DNA from: Alphaproteobacteria bacterium
GTDB lineage: Bacteria; Pseudomonadota; Alphaproteobacteria; UBA7887
DNA length: 64,000 nt
Direction of reading: 5' to 3'
Assembly (NCBI GenBank): GCA_965216755.1
Contig: CBDCGL010000011.1
Coordinates: 544,001 to 608,000, forward strand
Position numbers and translations under genes: made by a program. The notes beneath the pieces were generated by a model. It ran no database searches and was not told the origin of the DNA. It saw only the letters and a program-made list of their open reading frames with translations. Each line of letters opens with the position of its first letter. Within the stretch, counting starts at the first letter, position 1. Below are positions 21,153 through 32,490 of the stretch, one piece after another.

Positions 21153-21303
21153 GATGACCGGTTCCCTTAACCCTCTGGCTTCATCCTACACTATTTCTGC
21201 GATCCGCGTGAATGCCCGATAAAATGTTGTACTTAATTCCTTTCTCGAGCGTAGGCCTTACGTAGCTACGTGCAGAGGATTAACAAGTGAAATTTGTTGC
21301 GAG

Positions 21304-21807
21304 GTGACCGACGGAATATTCATAGCGTTGGGGTCAAATCTACCTGCGCCGGATTTGCCCAGCCCGCTGGCCACGTGTCAGTCGGCAGTTGCTGCGCTGA
21401 TTGATAGTGGTGTCTCAATAAAGCGTCAATCGCGTTGGTACTTGAGCCGCCCATTGCCCGACAGCGATCAGCCGTGGTTCGTCAATGGCGTCGTATCCAT
21501 TGAAACCGATGGCACTCCGGAACTGCTGCTGGCCGATCTACATCGCTTAGAGGCAAGCTTCGGTCGGCGCAGACGTAAGCGTTGGGAGGCACGGATCCTT
21601 GACCTCGATCTCATTTCATTTGGCGACCGCGTGGTTTTGGGCCATGGCGAGGGGCTGTCGCTGCCGCATCCGCGCATGCATCAGCGGGCCTTTGTTTTGC
21701 GCCCTTTGGCCGAGATTGCACCGAATTGGCGTCACCCGCAATTCGGCAATACGGTCGATGACCTTCTGGCAAACTGCGCCGATACGCAAGTTACCGTACG
21801 AATATAG
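21304..21807 (+). CDS. folK: 2-amino-4-hydroxy-6-hydroxymethyldihydropteridine diphosphokinase
   Basis: IALGSNL, FVNGV, R.LDLDL, LPHPRMHQRAFVL.PL. Confidence 0.93.
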   Translation: MTDGIFIALGSNLPAPDLPSPLATCQSAVAALIDSGVSIKRQSRWYLSRPLPDSDQPWFVNGVVSIETDGTPELLLADLHRLEASFGRRRRKRWEARILDLDLISFGDRVVLGHGEGLSLPHPRMHQRAFVLRPLAEIAPNWRHPQFGNTVDDLLANCADTQVTVRI

Positions 21808-21904
21808 CGAAATCGTTGGATGCATGGTGTTGAATACCGCCGTGCGGGCCCATATGATCGACTAGGAAACCCATTCCCGTTGAAATGTTGCGGAGAAGTT
21901 GTTT

Positions 21905-22288
21905 ATGGCGCGCGTTACCGTAGAAGACTGTGTACTACGAATCCCAAACCGGTTTGAGCTGGTTATGCTGGCGTCACAAAGGGCACGCGATATTTCGGCG
22001 GGAACGCCACTGACGATTGACCGGGATAACGACAAGAACCCGGTGATTGCGTTGCGGGAAATCGCCGACGACACGGTGGCACCAGACGCGCTGACTGAGA
22101 GCTTGTTGCGTGGGCTTCAAAGGCACGCAGAATCTGATGAGCCAGAAGAAGAACAAATGGCTCTGCCGCAGGCGATCGAAGACGTGTCGCCTGTTCAGCC
22201 GATTGAACCGAATGCACGCGAAGCCGATGCGGCAGGTATCCAAGTAATCGACGTAAATGCCGATGACGGGGTGCTCGACGTCGAATAA
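21905..22288 (+). CDS. rpoZ: RNA polymerase omega subunit
   Basis: [27 protein letters not shown]. Confidence 0.96.
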   Translation: MARVTVEDCVLRIPNRFELVMLASQRARDISAGTPLTIDRDNDKNPVIALREIADDTVAPDALTESLLRGLQRHAESDEPEEEQMALPQAIEDVSPVQPIEPNAREADAAGIQVIDVNADDGVLDVE

Positions 22289-22450
22289 GAGCCGTGGCCG
22301 CGTTCCGATCCGCGTTTTGTCGTTGGCGGGAAGCAGGGCGCGTTGCACACCGGGCGCGCAGATGGACGCGGTTAGGGGCGTACAGGCTGGTGGGCGATGT
22401 GCGCCGGCACCGCGGAACGTTGCCCGCCCGACGAAACAAATCGGCGCCCA

Positions 22451-24613
22451 GTGATACGCCAATACGAGCTCGTTGATCGAGTCCGGGCTTATGACCCGAA
22501 CGCGGATGAAGGCGTTCTGAACCGGGCGTATGTGTTTTCCATGGTGCGCCACGGCGCGCAGACCAGGGCGTCTGGAGACCCGTACTTTTCACACCCGCTT
22601 GAAGTGGCCGGCATTCTGACGGATTTGCGGTTGGACGCCGCGTCCATAGTGACCGCTTTGCTGCATGACACAGTCGAAGACGGTGTCGCCAGCGAGAGTG
22701 AAATAACCTCGTATTTCGGCGACGAGATCGCCCGATTGGTCGATGGCGTCACCAAACTCAGCAAATTGTCTTATCGCGGCAATCCGACCCGCCGGCAGGC
22801 CGAGAACTTTCGAAAACTGCTTGTGGCCATGTCGGAGGACATCCGCGTGCTTTTGGTGAAGCTGGCGGATCGGCTGCACAATATGCGCACCCTGGGGCAT
22901 ATCAATAACCCGGATAAGCGTCGGCGAATTGCCTCGGAGACAATGGAAATCTACGCGCCATTGGCTGAGCGCATTGGCATGCAGACCCTGAAGGACGAAC
23001 TTGAAGATCTGTCATTCGCTGAACTCAATCCCGATGCGCGGCGATCGATTTCTCGACGACTTGAGTTCTTGCGCGAGAGCGAAGGCGCGCGTATCCCCGA
23101 AATTGTCGCTGAGCTCAAGGCGACCCTGGCTTCTGCTGGCATCGAAGCGCGCGTGTATGGGCGCGAAAAGAGGCCGTTCTCCATTTGGCGCAAAATGGAA
23201 CGAAAACACATACCGTTCGAGCAAATCGCGGACGTTATGGCATTTCGCGTGGTCGTGCCGTCGGTTCCCGAATGCTATCAGGCACTTGGGGTTGTGCATC
23301 GCGCCTATCCGATGGTTCCGGGCCGCTTTAAGGACTTCATGTCGACCCCCAAGCCAAACGGCTACGAATCCCTGCACACCGCCGTGATTGGTCCGCAAAG
23401 GCGTCGCATAGAGATTCAGATTCGCGATCAAGAACAGCATGAGATTGCTGAATTTGGCGTCGCGGCACATTGGATCTACAAGCACGCTGATTCCGGTGCT
23501 GCCTTGAAAGATGGAAGAAAATACAGATGGTTACGAGAACTCTTAGAGATTCTAGACCACACGGCCGGACCGGAAGAATTCCTCGAGCATACAAAACTCG
23601 AGATGTATCAAGACCAAGTTTTCTGCTTCACGCCTAAGGGGGATCTTATCGCCTTGCCACATGGCGCCACGCCGGTGGATTTTGCGTATGCGGTTCACTC
23701 AGACGTTGGCGATACCTGCGTCGGGGCTAAGATAAATGGCAGGGTGGCGCCGTTGCGGACGGCTTTGTCCAACGGCGACCAGGTCGAGATATTGGTTTCC
23801 GATGGCCAGACGCCGGATCCGAATTGGGAACGGTTTGTGGTCACGGGTAAGGCTCGCGCTCGGATCCGCCGCTCGGTTCGCAAGCGCGAAGCAGCGGAGT
23901 ATGCGAGCCTTGGTGAGGCAATTCTTGCGAAGACCTTGAGCCAACACGACCAAGAGCTCAAGTCCGAGCTCGTGAGACCACATCTAAAGTCGTTCAAAGT
24001 ACGCTCGTTGCGGGCCTTGTACGGGTTGGTCGGGCGCGGCCAACTGGATCCCGATGCGGTTTATGAAACGCTGTTTCCGTCGGCCCGTCCGGCGGCACAC
24101 CGGAAATCTGGCAACGGCCCGTTTCGGCCGAGCAAATCTCATGATCCATCTTCTGGGGGCTTGGCCGTTCCCATCCGCGGGCTGACGCCCGGTATGGCCT
24201 TGCACTTGGCTGACTGCTGTCATCCATTGCCTGGAGATCGGATCGTCGGGTTGGTGACCGAGGGAAAAGGCGTGACGATTCATACCATCGATTGCGAGAC
24301 GCTGGAGAGCTTTGCGGCAACGCCGGAGCGTTGGCTCGATGTGGCCTGGAATCCCTCCGGCCACCAGGCCGAGATGTATACCGGTCGAATCGAGACAGTG
24401 CTGAACAATGTGCCGGGCAGCCTCAACGCGCTGACTGAGGTCATCGCTCAGTCCCAAGGCAATATCTCGAACCTTCGCGTTACCCATCGATCCCAAGAAT
24501 TCTTTGAGATGGCGGTCGACGTTGAAGTGGCCGATTTAAAACACTTGACCGCCATTATCGCAGCCTTGCGGGCCAATCCATCGATCTATCAAGTCCAGCG
24601 GGCAAATCCGTAA
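22451..24613 (+). CDS. spoT: Bifunctional (p)ppGpp synthetase/hydrolase (RelA/SpoT homolog)
   Basis: HD domain (LLHDTVED), synthetase (GREK, YESLHT, EIQIR), TGS and ACT domains; GTG start at 22451. Confidence 0.96.
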   Translation: MIRQYELVDRVRAYDPNADEGVLNRAYVFSMVRHGAQTRASGDPYFSHPLEVAGILTDLRLDAASIVTALLHDTVEDGVASESEITSYFGDEIARLVDGVTKLSKLSYRGNPTRRQAENFRKLLVAMSEDIRVLLVKLADRLHNMRTLGHINNPDKRRRIASETMEIYAPLAERIGMQTLKDELEDLSFAELNPDARRSISRRLEFLRESEGARIPEIVAELKATLASAGIEARVYGREKRPFSIWRKMERKHIPFEQIADVMAFRVVVPSVPECYQALGVVHRAYPMVPGRFKDFMSTPKPNGYESLHTAVIGPQRRRIEIQIRDQEQHEIAEFGVAAHWIYKHADSGAALKDGRKYRWLRELLEILDHTAGPEEFLEHTKLEMYQDQVFCFTPKGDLIALPHGATPVDFAYAVHSDVGDTCVGAKINGRVAPLRTALSNGDQVEILVSDGQTPDPNWERFVVTGKARARIRRSVRKREAAEYASLGEAILAKTLSQHDQELKSELVRPHLKSFKVRSLRALYGLVGRGQLDPDAVYETLFPSARPAAHRKSGNGPFRPSKSHDPSSGGLAVPIRGLTPGMALHLADCCHPLPGDRIVGLVTEGKGVTIHTIDCETLESFAATPERWLDVAWNPSGHQAEMYTGRIETVLNNVPGSLNALTEVIAQSQGNISNLRVTHRSQEFFEMAVDVEVADLKHLTAIIAALRANPSIYQVQRANP

Positions 24614-24867
24614 GGCCAACAGGTACTTGAAACGACGGATGCAAGTTTCGACAAGCCGCGCGGCCCCGGTCGATGAACCACGCGCCAGCCAGTCCCGCAC
24701 CCAATTGCAACTGTATCAACTCTTGACGTGGCAGCTTTGCGTGCGAGTTTATCTATTTGCAGGCGATGGAAAATATTCAAGTGAGTAGATCCAAAGACAT
24801 GGCGCTGCCGGGCGACGTTCCACGTCGTTGGTTCATTGCTGCCGTTGTCGGCGGTTGAGCACGGACC

Positions 24868-25443
24868 ATGTTTCGAGCACGCCGCGCACCTAATCTGTTG
24901 TCCCGGCTGTTTCGTGTGGTTTGGCCGCGCAAAGGCTGGAGTCGCGGTGTTGCCTATCTTGGTCATCGGGTCGGACGTTTACCGGGCACGCCAAGCAAAA
25001 TCGCAGCAGGGTTCGCGTGCGGTGCGGCCATATCCTTCACCCCATTCATCGGCTTTCATTTTGTGTTGGCCGCATTCTCCTCTTGGTTGTTGGGGGGCAA
25101 TCTTCTGGCGTCGGCGATCGGCACCGTGGTTGGCAATCCGTGGACCTTCCCAATTATCTGGATCAGCAGCTACCGTTTGGGCTGCTGGTTTCTTGGCCAG
25201 AACAGTGTGACCGAGCTCCCGCAAGAGTTGACCATGACGTATATTGTGGACAATCCGGGAGCGGTATTGTTACCCATGGCGATGGGTGGCATTCCCATGG
25301 CCGTCGTCGCCTGGGTAGTATCGTATTGGCTCGTCCGTCGCGCGGTCGACAGATATCAGAAGATGCGGATCGCGCGGCGGCGGCGCCGCTTTTTGCGACG
25401 GCGCCGGCCAGGGAATTTGGGTACGGAGACCCTTGAGCTATGA
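24868..25443 (+). CDS. DUF2062 family membrane protein
   Basis: [27 protein letters not shown]; ATGA overlap with pdxJ. Confidence 0.85.
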   Translation: MFRARRAPNLLSRLFRVVWPRKGWSRGVAYLGHRVGRLPGTPSKIAAGFACGAAISFTPFIGFHFVLAAFSSWLLGGNLLASAIGTVVGNPWTFPIIWISSYRLGCWFLGQNSVTELPQELTMTYIVDNPGAVLLPMAMGGIPMAVVAWVVSYWLVRRAVDRYQKMRIARRRRRFLRRRRPGNLGTETLEL

Positions 25444-26198
25444 ATAGCAATAGGCTGCGGCTCGGCGTCAATATCGACCATGTGGCAACGATTCGGAACG
25501 CGCGCGGTGGTCGGCATCCCGACCCGGTGCGGGCCGCGAGACTGGCCGCGGAAAGCGGCGCCGACGGTATTACCGCTCACTTGCGAGAAGACCGCCGTCA
25601 TATTTCGGACGATGACATATCGCGGCTGAAGTCTGAGATCGATTTACCGCTGAACCTAGAGATGGCGGCGACGCCCGAAATGTTGGCCATCGCGTCGGCC
25701 ACCAAGCCGCCGCGTGTGTGCCTGGTTCCGGAGAAGCGTGCCGAATTGACAACCGAAGGTGGCCTGGATGCGGCCGCCCACCACGCACAGTTAGCGCCGT
25801 TTATCGCCAAGCTGCATGATGAAGGCATTCGCGTCTCCTTGTTTGTCGATCCAGAGCCGGTTCAGATAGCCGTCGCGAAGGCCTTGAAGGCGGACGTCGT
25901 CGAATTGCATACGGGGACCTATTCCGAAATTGGCGAGGGCGCGAGCGCCGGGGAACTGGAGCGATTGCGGGTCGCTGCCGTTCAGGCGCAAGCCGCTGGA
26001 TTGGAATGTCATGCCGGGCATGGGCTCAGTTTTGATACCGTTGGCCCAGTGGCGGAGATTGCGGAATTGTCTGAGCTCAACATCGGTCATTTCTTGGTTG
26101 GGGAGGCCATTTTCGGCGGGTTGGACAGCGCAATCCGCAGGATGCGGGCTCTTATGGACCGGGCCAGGGCCGACGTTGACGGACGTCAATCGGCCTAG
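25440..26198 (+). CDS. pdxJ: Pyridoxine 5'-phosphate synthase
   Basis: [39 protein letters not shown]. Confidence 0.97.
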   Translation: MNSNRLRLGVNIDHVATIRNARGGRHPDPVRAARLAAESGADGITAHLREDRRHISDDDISRLKSEIDLPLNLEMAATPEMLAIASATKPPRVCLVPEKRAELTTEGGLDAAAHHAQLAPFIAKLHDEGIRVSLFVDPEPVQIAVAKALKADVVELHTGTYSEIGEGASAGELERLRVAAVQAQAAGLECHAGHGLSFDTVGPVAEIAELSELNIGHFLVGEAIFGGLDSAIRRMRALMDRARADVDGRQSA

Positions 26199-26234
26199 CA
26201 AGGCGACCGGGGATGGCCTGGTGGGCGCGGTGAC

Positions 26235-26636
26235 ATGATCGTTGGCATCGGTCATGACGTGTGCGACGCACGACGGATAGAGCGCACGTTGGCGCGCTTT
26301 GGCTTGCGATTCACGCACCGGATATTTACCCATGTGGAACGCACAAAATGCGATCGTCGTGCGAAACGGGCGGACAGCTACGCGCGTCGGTTCGCGGCCA
26401 AGGAAGCCTGTTCCAAAGCATTGGGTACGGGATTCCGCCGCGGCGTTTTTTGGCGTGATATTGGCGTGGTCAATCTGCCCGGCGGCAAACCGACGCTGGA
26501 GCTGACAGGCGGGGCACGGGAGCGCCTAGACGCACTGACTCCTGAGGGCATGATGGCCAAGGTTGATTTGACGATGACCGATGATCGCGAATTAGCTCAC
26601 GCCATCGTCATAATATCGGCCATACCAGAGGCGTAG
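26235..26636 (+). CDS. acpS: Holo-[acyl-carrier-protein] synthase
   Basis: [25 protein letters not shown]. Confidence 0.95.
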   Translation: MIVGIGHDVCDARRIERTLARFGLRFTHRIFTHVERTKCDRRAKRADSYARRFAAKEACSKALGTGFRRGVFWRDIGVVNLPGGKPTLELTGGARERLDALTPEGMMAKVDLTMTDDRELAHAIVIISAIPEA

Positions 26637-26795
26637 CGGGCACGAGCCGGTCTGAGCCTTTGCCGGTTTACGATGAATTTGCCGTTGCGTTCCTGCGCCT
26701 AGGCCTTAAATTGAGCCGCCGCCGCGCACCCCGCCGCGGTGTCGTTCATCCATTTATCCCCAGCCATCACTTTGAGTCAGCAGCAAGGCTTCATC

Positions 26796-27566
26796 ATGGC
26801 GCGGCGCGCAAATAGCCTATGGGAATTTCTCAAGACCGTCATCTATGCGGTCATCATCGCGACCGTTATCCGGACTTTCGCTTACGAGCCGTTCAATATT
26901 CCGTCGGGTTCCATGATTCCGACCTTGCTGGTCGGGGATTACCTGTTCGTATCGAAGTTTTCATATGGGTTTAGCCAATACTCGTTTCCTTTTGGAATCG
27001 TGCGCTACAAGGGGCGCTTGCTGTACGATCGTCCCAAACGCGGCGATGTGGCCGTGTTCAAGCTGCCGCGGCCGCGCGCGGGAAGAACACGCGACAACGG
27101 CAATCAGGATTTCGATCAACCGGACTACATCAAGCGGATCGTCGGCCTTCCCGGCGACAAGATCCAAGTGATCAACGGCGTTCTTCATATCAATGCTCAG
27201 CCGGTGCGCCGCGAACAAATCGAGGATTTCGCGTACGATCACAATGGTAGCCAACGCGTGGTGCGGCAGTACCGCGAGACACTGCCGAACGGCGTAAGCT
27301 ACAATGTGCTGGACGAGTTTGAGGCTGGGCGATTGGACAACACAGAAATCTACGATGTGCCCGAAGGTTACTTCTTCGCGATGGGTGATAATCGGGATCG
27401 TTCGGCCGATAGCCGGGTGTTGGACCAGGTCGGATTCATTCCGGCCGAAAACCTGATTGGTCGCGCCGAGATCATATTCTTCTCCACCGATGGCGGCGCG
27501 CGACTTTGGGAATTTTGGCGGTGGCCGTTCGCGACCCGATTTTCGCGTCTCGGTCAATTGTTGTGA
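26796..27566 (+). CDS. lepB: Signal peptidase I
   Basis: IPSGSM.PTL.VGD, YIKRIVGLPGD, GDNRD.SADSR. Confidence 0.95.
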   Translation: MARRANSLWEFLKTVIYAVIIATVIRTFAYEPFNIPSGSMIPTLLVGDYLFVSKFSYGFSQYSFPFGIVRYKGRLLYDRPKRGDVAVFKLPRPRAGRTRDNGNQDFDQPDYIKRIVGLPGDKIQVINGVLHINAQPVRREQIEDFAYDHNGSQRVVRQYRETLPNGVSYNVLDEFEAGRLDNTEIYDVPEGYFFAMGDNRDRSADSRVLDQVGFIPAENLIGRAEIIFFSTDGGARLWEFWRWPFATRFSRLGQLL

Positions 27567-28282
27567 CGCAATCGGTTCGGCGGCAGGGCCTTGACGCCGC
27601 CGCCGACGCCCTGGGTGTGACGATGCGGGATCCGGCGCTTTTGCGCATCGCATTGACCCACCCGAGCGCCAGCGACAAGAGTCGGACAGTCAACAACCAG
27701 CGGCTGGAGTTTCTTGGCGATCGAGTCTTAGGCCTGGTCGTCGCAGAGAAACTCTATGACACCTATCCGGATGAAGATGAGGGCGATTTAGCGCGGCGCT
27801 TCGCCGCCTTGGTCAGCGCATCGACCTTGACCGACGTTGCGCGGCGGATCGGACTCGGCGCGCACCTCCGCTTGGGAGCGGGGGAGGAAGCGAGTGACGG
27901 CCGGGATAACCCGGCAAATCTGGCTGATGCTTGTGAGGCGCTAATCGGTGCCCTGTTCCTGGACAGTGGTTTGGACGCGGCGCGGGGTTTCATTGAGCAC
28001 GGTTGGAAGGACATGATCGCTGGGCAGACCCAACCGCCACGCGATCCCAAAACCGAGCTTCAGGAGTGGACCCAGGCGCGTGGCCTTGGATTACCGCGCT
28101 ACAAGTTGGTGTCACAGACCGGCCCAGCCCATGCACCCGGTTTCGTCGTAGCAGTCCATGTCGCGGGCCAGGAACCGGAAAGTGGCGCGGGGCGATCAAA
28201 GCGGGCCGCCGAACACAAGGCAGCCGCGGCCATGGTGGCCCGCTTGGTAGCGAGACCATCCGGTGATGGTGACGACGCGTAA
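27563..28282 (+). CDS. rnc: Ribonuclease III
   Basis: ALTHPS, QRLEFLGD, DACEALIGA, dsRBD (DPKTELQEW...SKRAAE); GTGA overlap with lepB. Confidence 0.95.
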   Translation: MTQSVRRQGLDAAADALGVTMRDPALLRIALTHPSASDKSRTVNNQRLEFLGDRVLGLVVAEKLYDTYPDEDEGDLARRFAALVSASTLTDVARRIGLGAHLRLGAGEEASDGRDNPANLADACEALIGALFLDSGLDAARGFIEHGWKDMIAGQTQPPRDPKTELQEWTQARGLGLPRYKLVSQTGPAHAPGFVVAVHVAGQEPESGAGRSKRAAEHKAAAAMVARLVARPSGDGDDA

Positions 28283-29189
28283 GGCGGGACCCGCCGACGG
28301 GGCCCGGTGTGGCTTCGTCGCCTTGCTTGGTGCGCCGAATGCCGGAAAGTCGACTTTGCTCAATCAATTGGTTGGTGCCAAGGTGTCGATCGTGACACCG
28401 AAGGTGCAGACCACGCGCAGTCGGGTATTGGGCATTACGATTTGCCGATCGAGCCAAATCGTTTTTGTCGACACACCTGGGATATTCGCGCCCAAGAAAC
28501 GGCTGGAGCGGGCCATGGTCCAGGCGGCATGGAGTGGCGCGCGGGATGCTGACTTGATTGTCGTTATGGTCGACGCGCAGTCCGGCATTACTAAGGATAC
28601 AGAGCGCATTTTCGATGGCCTACGCGAGCGTCGACAGCCGCAAATTTGCGCTGTAAATAAAATCGATCTTGTGCCGCGCCCGTCGCTGCTGACCCTTGCC
28701 GGGCGCGTCGATCAGACCGCGCTGTTCTCCGAGATCTTTATGATATCGGCCTTGAGCGGCGATGGTGTCGGGGACTTGCGGAACCACTTGGCGGCGCGGG
28801 TTCCATCGGGGCCGTGGCTCTATCCGGAGGATCAGATGGCTGACATGCCGATGCGCCTTCTGGCCGCCGAGATCACGCGAGAAAAGCTCTTTCTCGCGCT
28901 GCGCCAGGAATTGCCCTATGCGACCGCCGTCGAGGCCGAGGGGTGGACCGAACGTGACGACGGTAGCGTGCGGATCGATCAAGTGGTTTATGTTCAGCGT
29001 CAGAGCCAGAAGAAAATCGTATTGGGCAGGGCGGGCGCGCAGATCAAAGACATCGGCAGTGCCGCGCGGCGCGAGCTTGAGGGCATGTTTGGTCGCCGCG
29101 TGCATCTGTTCATTCATGTCAAGGTCCGCGAAAATTGGATCGACGATCCCGAGCGCTATCGCGATTTGGGTTTAGATTTCAACGTATAA
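28263..29189 (+). CDS. era: GTPase Era
   Basis: GAPNAGKST, QTTR, DTPG, NKID, KH domain. Confidence 0.96.
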   Translation: MMVTTRKAGPADGARCGFVALLGAPNAGKSTLLNQLVGAKVSIVTPKVQTTRSRVLGITICRSSQIVFVDTPGIFAPKKRLERAMVQAAWSGARDADLIVVMVDAQSGITKDTERIFDGLRERRQPQICAVNKIDLVPRPSLLTLAGRVDQTALFSEIFMISALSGDGVGDLRNHLAARVPSGPWLYPEDQMADMPMRLLAAEITREKLFLALRQELPYATAVEAEGWTERDDGSVRIDQVVYVQRQSQKKIVLGRAGAQIKDIGSAARRELEGMFGRRVHLFIHVKVRENWIDDPERYRDLGLDFNV

Positions 29190-29190
29190 G

Positions 29191-29360
29191 CTAGAGCAGT
29201 GTCCGATAATATTAAATCAATTCTGTTCGCGGCCCGGCGGGCGACCACATTGTCGGACGACTTGCCCGACGCGCCAGCATCGCGCTGCGCCGCCCTTCGC
29301 GTGGATCGCCACGCCGGGCCGCGAACAGAATTGATTTAATATTATCGGACACTGCTCTAG
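29191..29360. mobile_element. 170-bp palindromic MITE-like element with perfect 49-bp terminal inverted repeats
   Basis: 29191-29239 (CTAGAGCAGTGTCCGATAATATTAAATCAATTCTGTTCGCGGCCCGGCG) is the exact reverse complement of 29312-29360; CTAG at both ends; fills the era-recO gap. Confidence 0.85.
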
Positions 29361-29364
29361 GGCT

Positions 29365-30078
29365 ATGGAATGGCAGGACGAGGCCGTCATTCTCTCAGCC
29401 AGACGCCATGGCGAGAACGCGGCGATCGTCCATGCGATGACCTCCGCTCATGGTCGCCATGCCGGCTTGGTCAGGGGCGGGACCGGCCGGCGACTGCGCG
29501 GTGTCTTGCAGCCCGGCAATCAAATCACCTGCGTCTGGCGCGGCCGTATGGCCGAGCAGCTGGGCAGCTATGCAATTGAGCTGACACGGGCGCGCGCGGC
29601 GGCGATTTTGGAGGATCGGGCGCGCCTTGCGTGTCTGAGTGCGATTTGCGCGATGTTGGAAGCGCATCTCCCGGAACGTGAACCGCACCAGCCGCTCTAC
29701 GCGGCGACCGTCGCCATGCTCGACACGCTTGAGACAGCCGACCTGTGGCCCGCGGTATACGTACGGTGGGAACTCGGTTTGCTGAACGAGCTCGGTTTCG
29801 GGCTCGATCTGTCACATTGTGCGGCGACCGGCGCCACGGAAAACTTGGTCTGGGTTTCTCCAAAGTCAGGCCGGGCGGTCTCGGAGGCTGCCGGAGCGCC
29901 TTATCGCGGACGTCTGCTGTCGTTGCCCGGCTTCTTGATCGGCTCCGGCGAAGCAAAGTTGGAGGCGATTCGCGATGGTCTGAAGCTGACCGGCCATTTC
30001 CTTGAATTGCATGCGCCTCATCCGGCCGCGCGTGATCGTTTGCACGCACAATTGACACATTTTACCAGCGTGCCGTGA
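29365..30078 (+). CDS. recO: DNA repair protein RecO
   Basis: MEWQDEA...[40 protein letters not shown]. Confidence 0.94.
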   Translation: MEWQDEAVILSARRHGENAAIVHAMTSAHGRHAGLVRGGTGRRLRGVLQPGNQITCVWRGRMAEQLGSYAIELTRARAAAILEDRARLACLSAICAMLEAHLPEREPHQPLYAATVAMLDTLETADLWPAVYVRWELGLLNELGFGLDLSHCAATGATENLVWVSPKSGRAVSEAAGAPYRGRLLSLPGFLIGSGEAKLEAIRDGLKLTGHFLELHAPHPAARDRLHAQLTHFTSVP

Positions 30079-30139
30079 GCTTGCGCCGCGTCGCTTCCCG
30101 CATTGTCACCCGACAGACGACTTGTGCTATGAACGGGCC

Positions 30140-32371
30140 ATGAGCAGCAAGACCAAACGAGATGATCCGCCAGCAATCCGGCCGGCACCATTGATTGACG
30201 CGCTGAGCGAACGCTATGTCGCCTATGCGCTGTCGACCATCATGTCCCGCTCGCTGCCGGACGTGCGCGATGGTTTGAAGCCGGTCCATCGGCGGTTGCT
30301 TTATGCCATGCGCGTACTGCGCCTGGATCCGCGTTCGGGCTTCAAGAAGTGTGCCCGCGTCGTTGGCGATGTCATCGGCAAGTTCCATCCCCACGGCGAC
30401 ACGGCCGTGTACGACGCGTTGGTGCGGTTGGCCCAGGATTTTGCCGCGCGATATCCGTTGGTGGAAGGCCAAGGCAATTTCGGCAATATCGACGGCGATA
30501 ACGCGGCGGCTATGCGCTACACCGAAGCGCGGTTGACCGAGGTCGCCGAGGCGCTGCTTGAGGGCATCGACGAAGACACGGTCGATTTCCGCGATACCTA
30601 TGACGGTGAGGATTCGGAACCCGTCGTGTTACCGGCGGCCTTTCCGAACCTACTGGCCAATGGCGCCAGTGGTATCGCGGTGGGCATGGCGACCAGTATT
30701 CCGCCTCATAATGTCGACGAAATCTGCGGCGCGCTTTTGCACCTGTTGAAGTCGCCGAACGCGCGCACGGAAAGTCTGGTCAAACATGTGCCGGGGCCTG
30801 ATTTCCCCACCGGTGGCATCTTGGTCGAACCACGCGAGTCGGTCATTCAGGCCTATGAGACAGGCCGCGGTGCGTTCCGGCTGCGGTGTAAATGGCAGGT
30901 CGAACGACTCAAGCACAGTCAGTATCACATCGTCGTCACCGAGATCCCATATCAGGTCACCAAAGCCCGGCTGATTGAAAAGGTCGCCGAACAGATGTCG
31001 GCCCGCAAGCTGCCGTGGCTCGCGGATATCCGGGACGAGTCGGCCGAAGACGTGCGGATCGTGTTGGAGCCAAAGTCGCGCGGCATCGAGCCCGAGGCAT
31101 TGATGGAAACGCTGTTCCGGCTCACCGATTTCGAGGTCCGCGTCTCGTTGAACCTGAACGTGCTCGACGCCGATCACGTGCCGCGCGTGATGTCGCTGCG
31201 CGAGGCGTTGCAAGCGTTTATCGATCACCGTTTTGTCGTCCTACAGCGTCGCAGCCGATTTCGCCTCGACAAGATCGAGCGTCGCCTTGAGATCTTGGAT
31301 GGGTTGCTCATTGCCTATCTCAATATCGACGAGGTGATCCGGATCATTCGCGAGGAGGACGATCCCAAGGCGGAAATGATCGCGCGCTGGGATCTGACCG
31401 ATTTGCAAGCGGAATCAATCCTCAACATGCGTCTGCGCAATCTGCGCAAACTGGAAGAATTCGAGATCCGCAAGGAGCACAAGGCGCTCAAGAAAGAACG
31501 GACCGAACTCAAGGCTTTGTTGCGCGATTCGGGCAAACAACGCAAGGTGATCGAGGGTGAGTTTCGGGAGATTCGCAAATCATTCGGCGCGAAAACCGAA
31601 CTCGGTCGTCGGCGTACGGAGATCGGCGACGCACCTTCTGCCGAGGTGATCCCCATCGACGCCATGATTGTTGCCGAGCCGGTCACGGTCGTTTGTTCGG
31701 AGAAGGGCTGGATTCGTGTGGTCAAAGGCCATATCGAGCCGGACGCCGAACTGAAATTCAAGGACGGCGATCGCGACCGCTTCCGCCTGCACGCCAAGAC
31801 CAACGACCGCATCGTGGTTTTCGCCACCAATGGCCGATTCTATACGCTGGCGTGTGAACGCCTGCCGGGCGGTCGTGGCTTGGGCGAGCCCTTGCGGATG
31901 ATGATTGACCTCGGCAACGATCATGACGTGGTCACCCTCATGGTGCATCGATCCGGCCGCGGCCTGTTGGTCGCGTCCTCGGAAGGGCGCGGATTCGTGG
32001 TCGAGGAAGACAGTGTGATCGCGCAAACGCGTGCCGGCAAGCAAGTGCTCAATGTCAGCGGCGACGAAGAGGCGGTGGTGTGCGTACCGGTGGTCGGTGA
32101 TACCGTCGCCACGGTTGGCGAGAACCACAAGATGACAGTCTTTCCGCTCGACGAACTGCCGGTGATGACGCGAGGGCGGGGCGTGATCATGCAGCGTTTC
32201 AAGGATGGCGGCCTGTCGGACGCGCGCACTTTTGTGTTGAACGACGGTTTGAGCTGGCAAAGTGGCGGACGGACCCGCACCGTGACCGATCTCGCGCCCT
32301 GGTACGGCAAACGCGGCGCCGCCGGCCGCCTGGCGCCGAAAGGCTTTCCACGCTCGCATAAGTTTGGTTAA
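30140..32371 (+). CDS. parC: DNA topoisomerase IV subunit A
   Basis: [32 protein letters not shown] (catalytic Tyr); short CTD with no GyrA box seen. Confidence 0.93.
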   Translation: MSSKTKRDDPPAIRPAPLIDALSERYVAYALSTIMSRSLPDVRDGLKPVHRRLLYAMRVLRLDPRSGFKKCARVVGDVIGKFHPHGDTAVYDALVRLAQDFAARYPLVEGQGNFGNIDGDNAAAMRYTEARLTEVAEALLEGIDEDTVDFRDTYDGEDSEPVVLPAAFPNLLANGASGIAVGMATSIPPHNVDEICGALLHLLKSPNARTESLVKHVPGPDFPTGGILVEPRESVIQAYETGRGAFRLRCKWQVERLKHSQYHIVVTEIPYQVTKARLIEKVAEQMSARKLPWLADIRDESAEDVRIVLEPKSRGIEPEALMETLFRLTDFEVRVSLNLNVLDADHVPRVMSLREALQAFIDHRFVVLQRRSRFRLDKIERRLEILDGLLIAYLNIDEVIRIIREEDDPKAEMIARWDLTDLQAESILNMRLRNLRKLEEFEIRKEHKALKKERTELKALLRDSGKQRKVIEGEFREIRKSFGAKTELGRRRTEIGDAPSAEVIPIDAMIVAEPVTVVCSEKGWIRVVKGHIEPDAELKFKDGDRDRFRLHAKTNDRIVVFATNGRFYTLACERLPGGRGLGEPLRMMIDLGNDHDVVTLMVHRSGRGLLVASSEGRGFVVEEDSVIAQTRAGKQVLNVSGDEEAVVCVPVVGDTVATVGENHKMTVFPLDELPVMTRGRGVIMQRFKDGGLSDARTFVLNDGLSWQSGGRTRTVTDLAPWYGKRGAAGRLAPKGFPRSHKFG

Positions 32372-32490
32372 CGCGAAGTCGCTAACCCTCGGGTCCGTCA
32401 AACCACCGTCTATTTGGCGTCAATACCTCTGGTGAGGAGCGGGCTGGTTGCGTGCTGTGGCTGGGTCGGATGTAATTCCCATGTATCGAC

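Noticed and set aside
21260-21271. Perfect 12-bp palindrome ACGTAGCTACGT in the NYN/folK divergent region
   Set aside because: Single occurrence with no recognised regulator motif; could be chance.
24614-24867. About 250-bp spoT-DUF2062 gap as a riboswitch or sRNA
   Set aside because: No recognisable aptamer or terminator; CTTGAC at 24722 lacks a correctly spaced -10.
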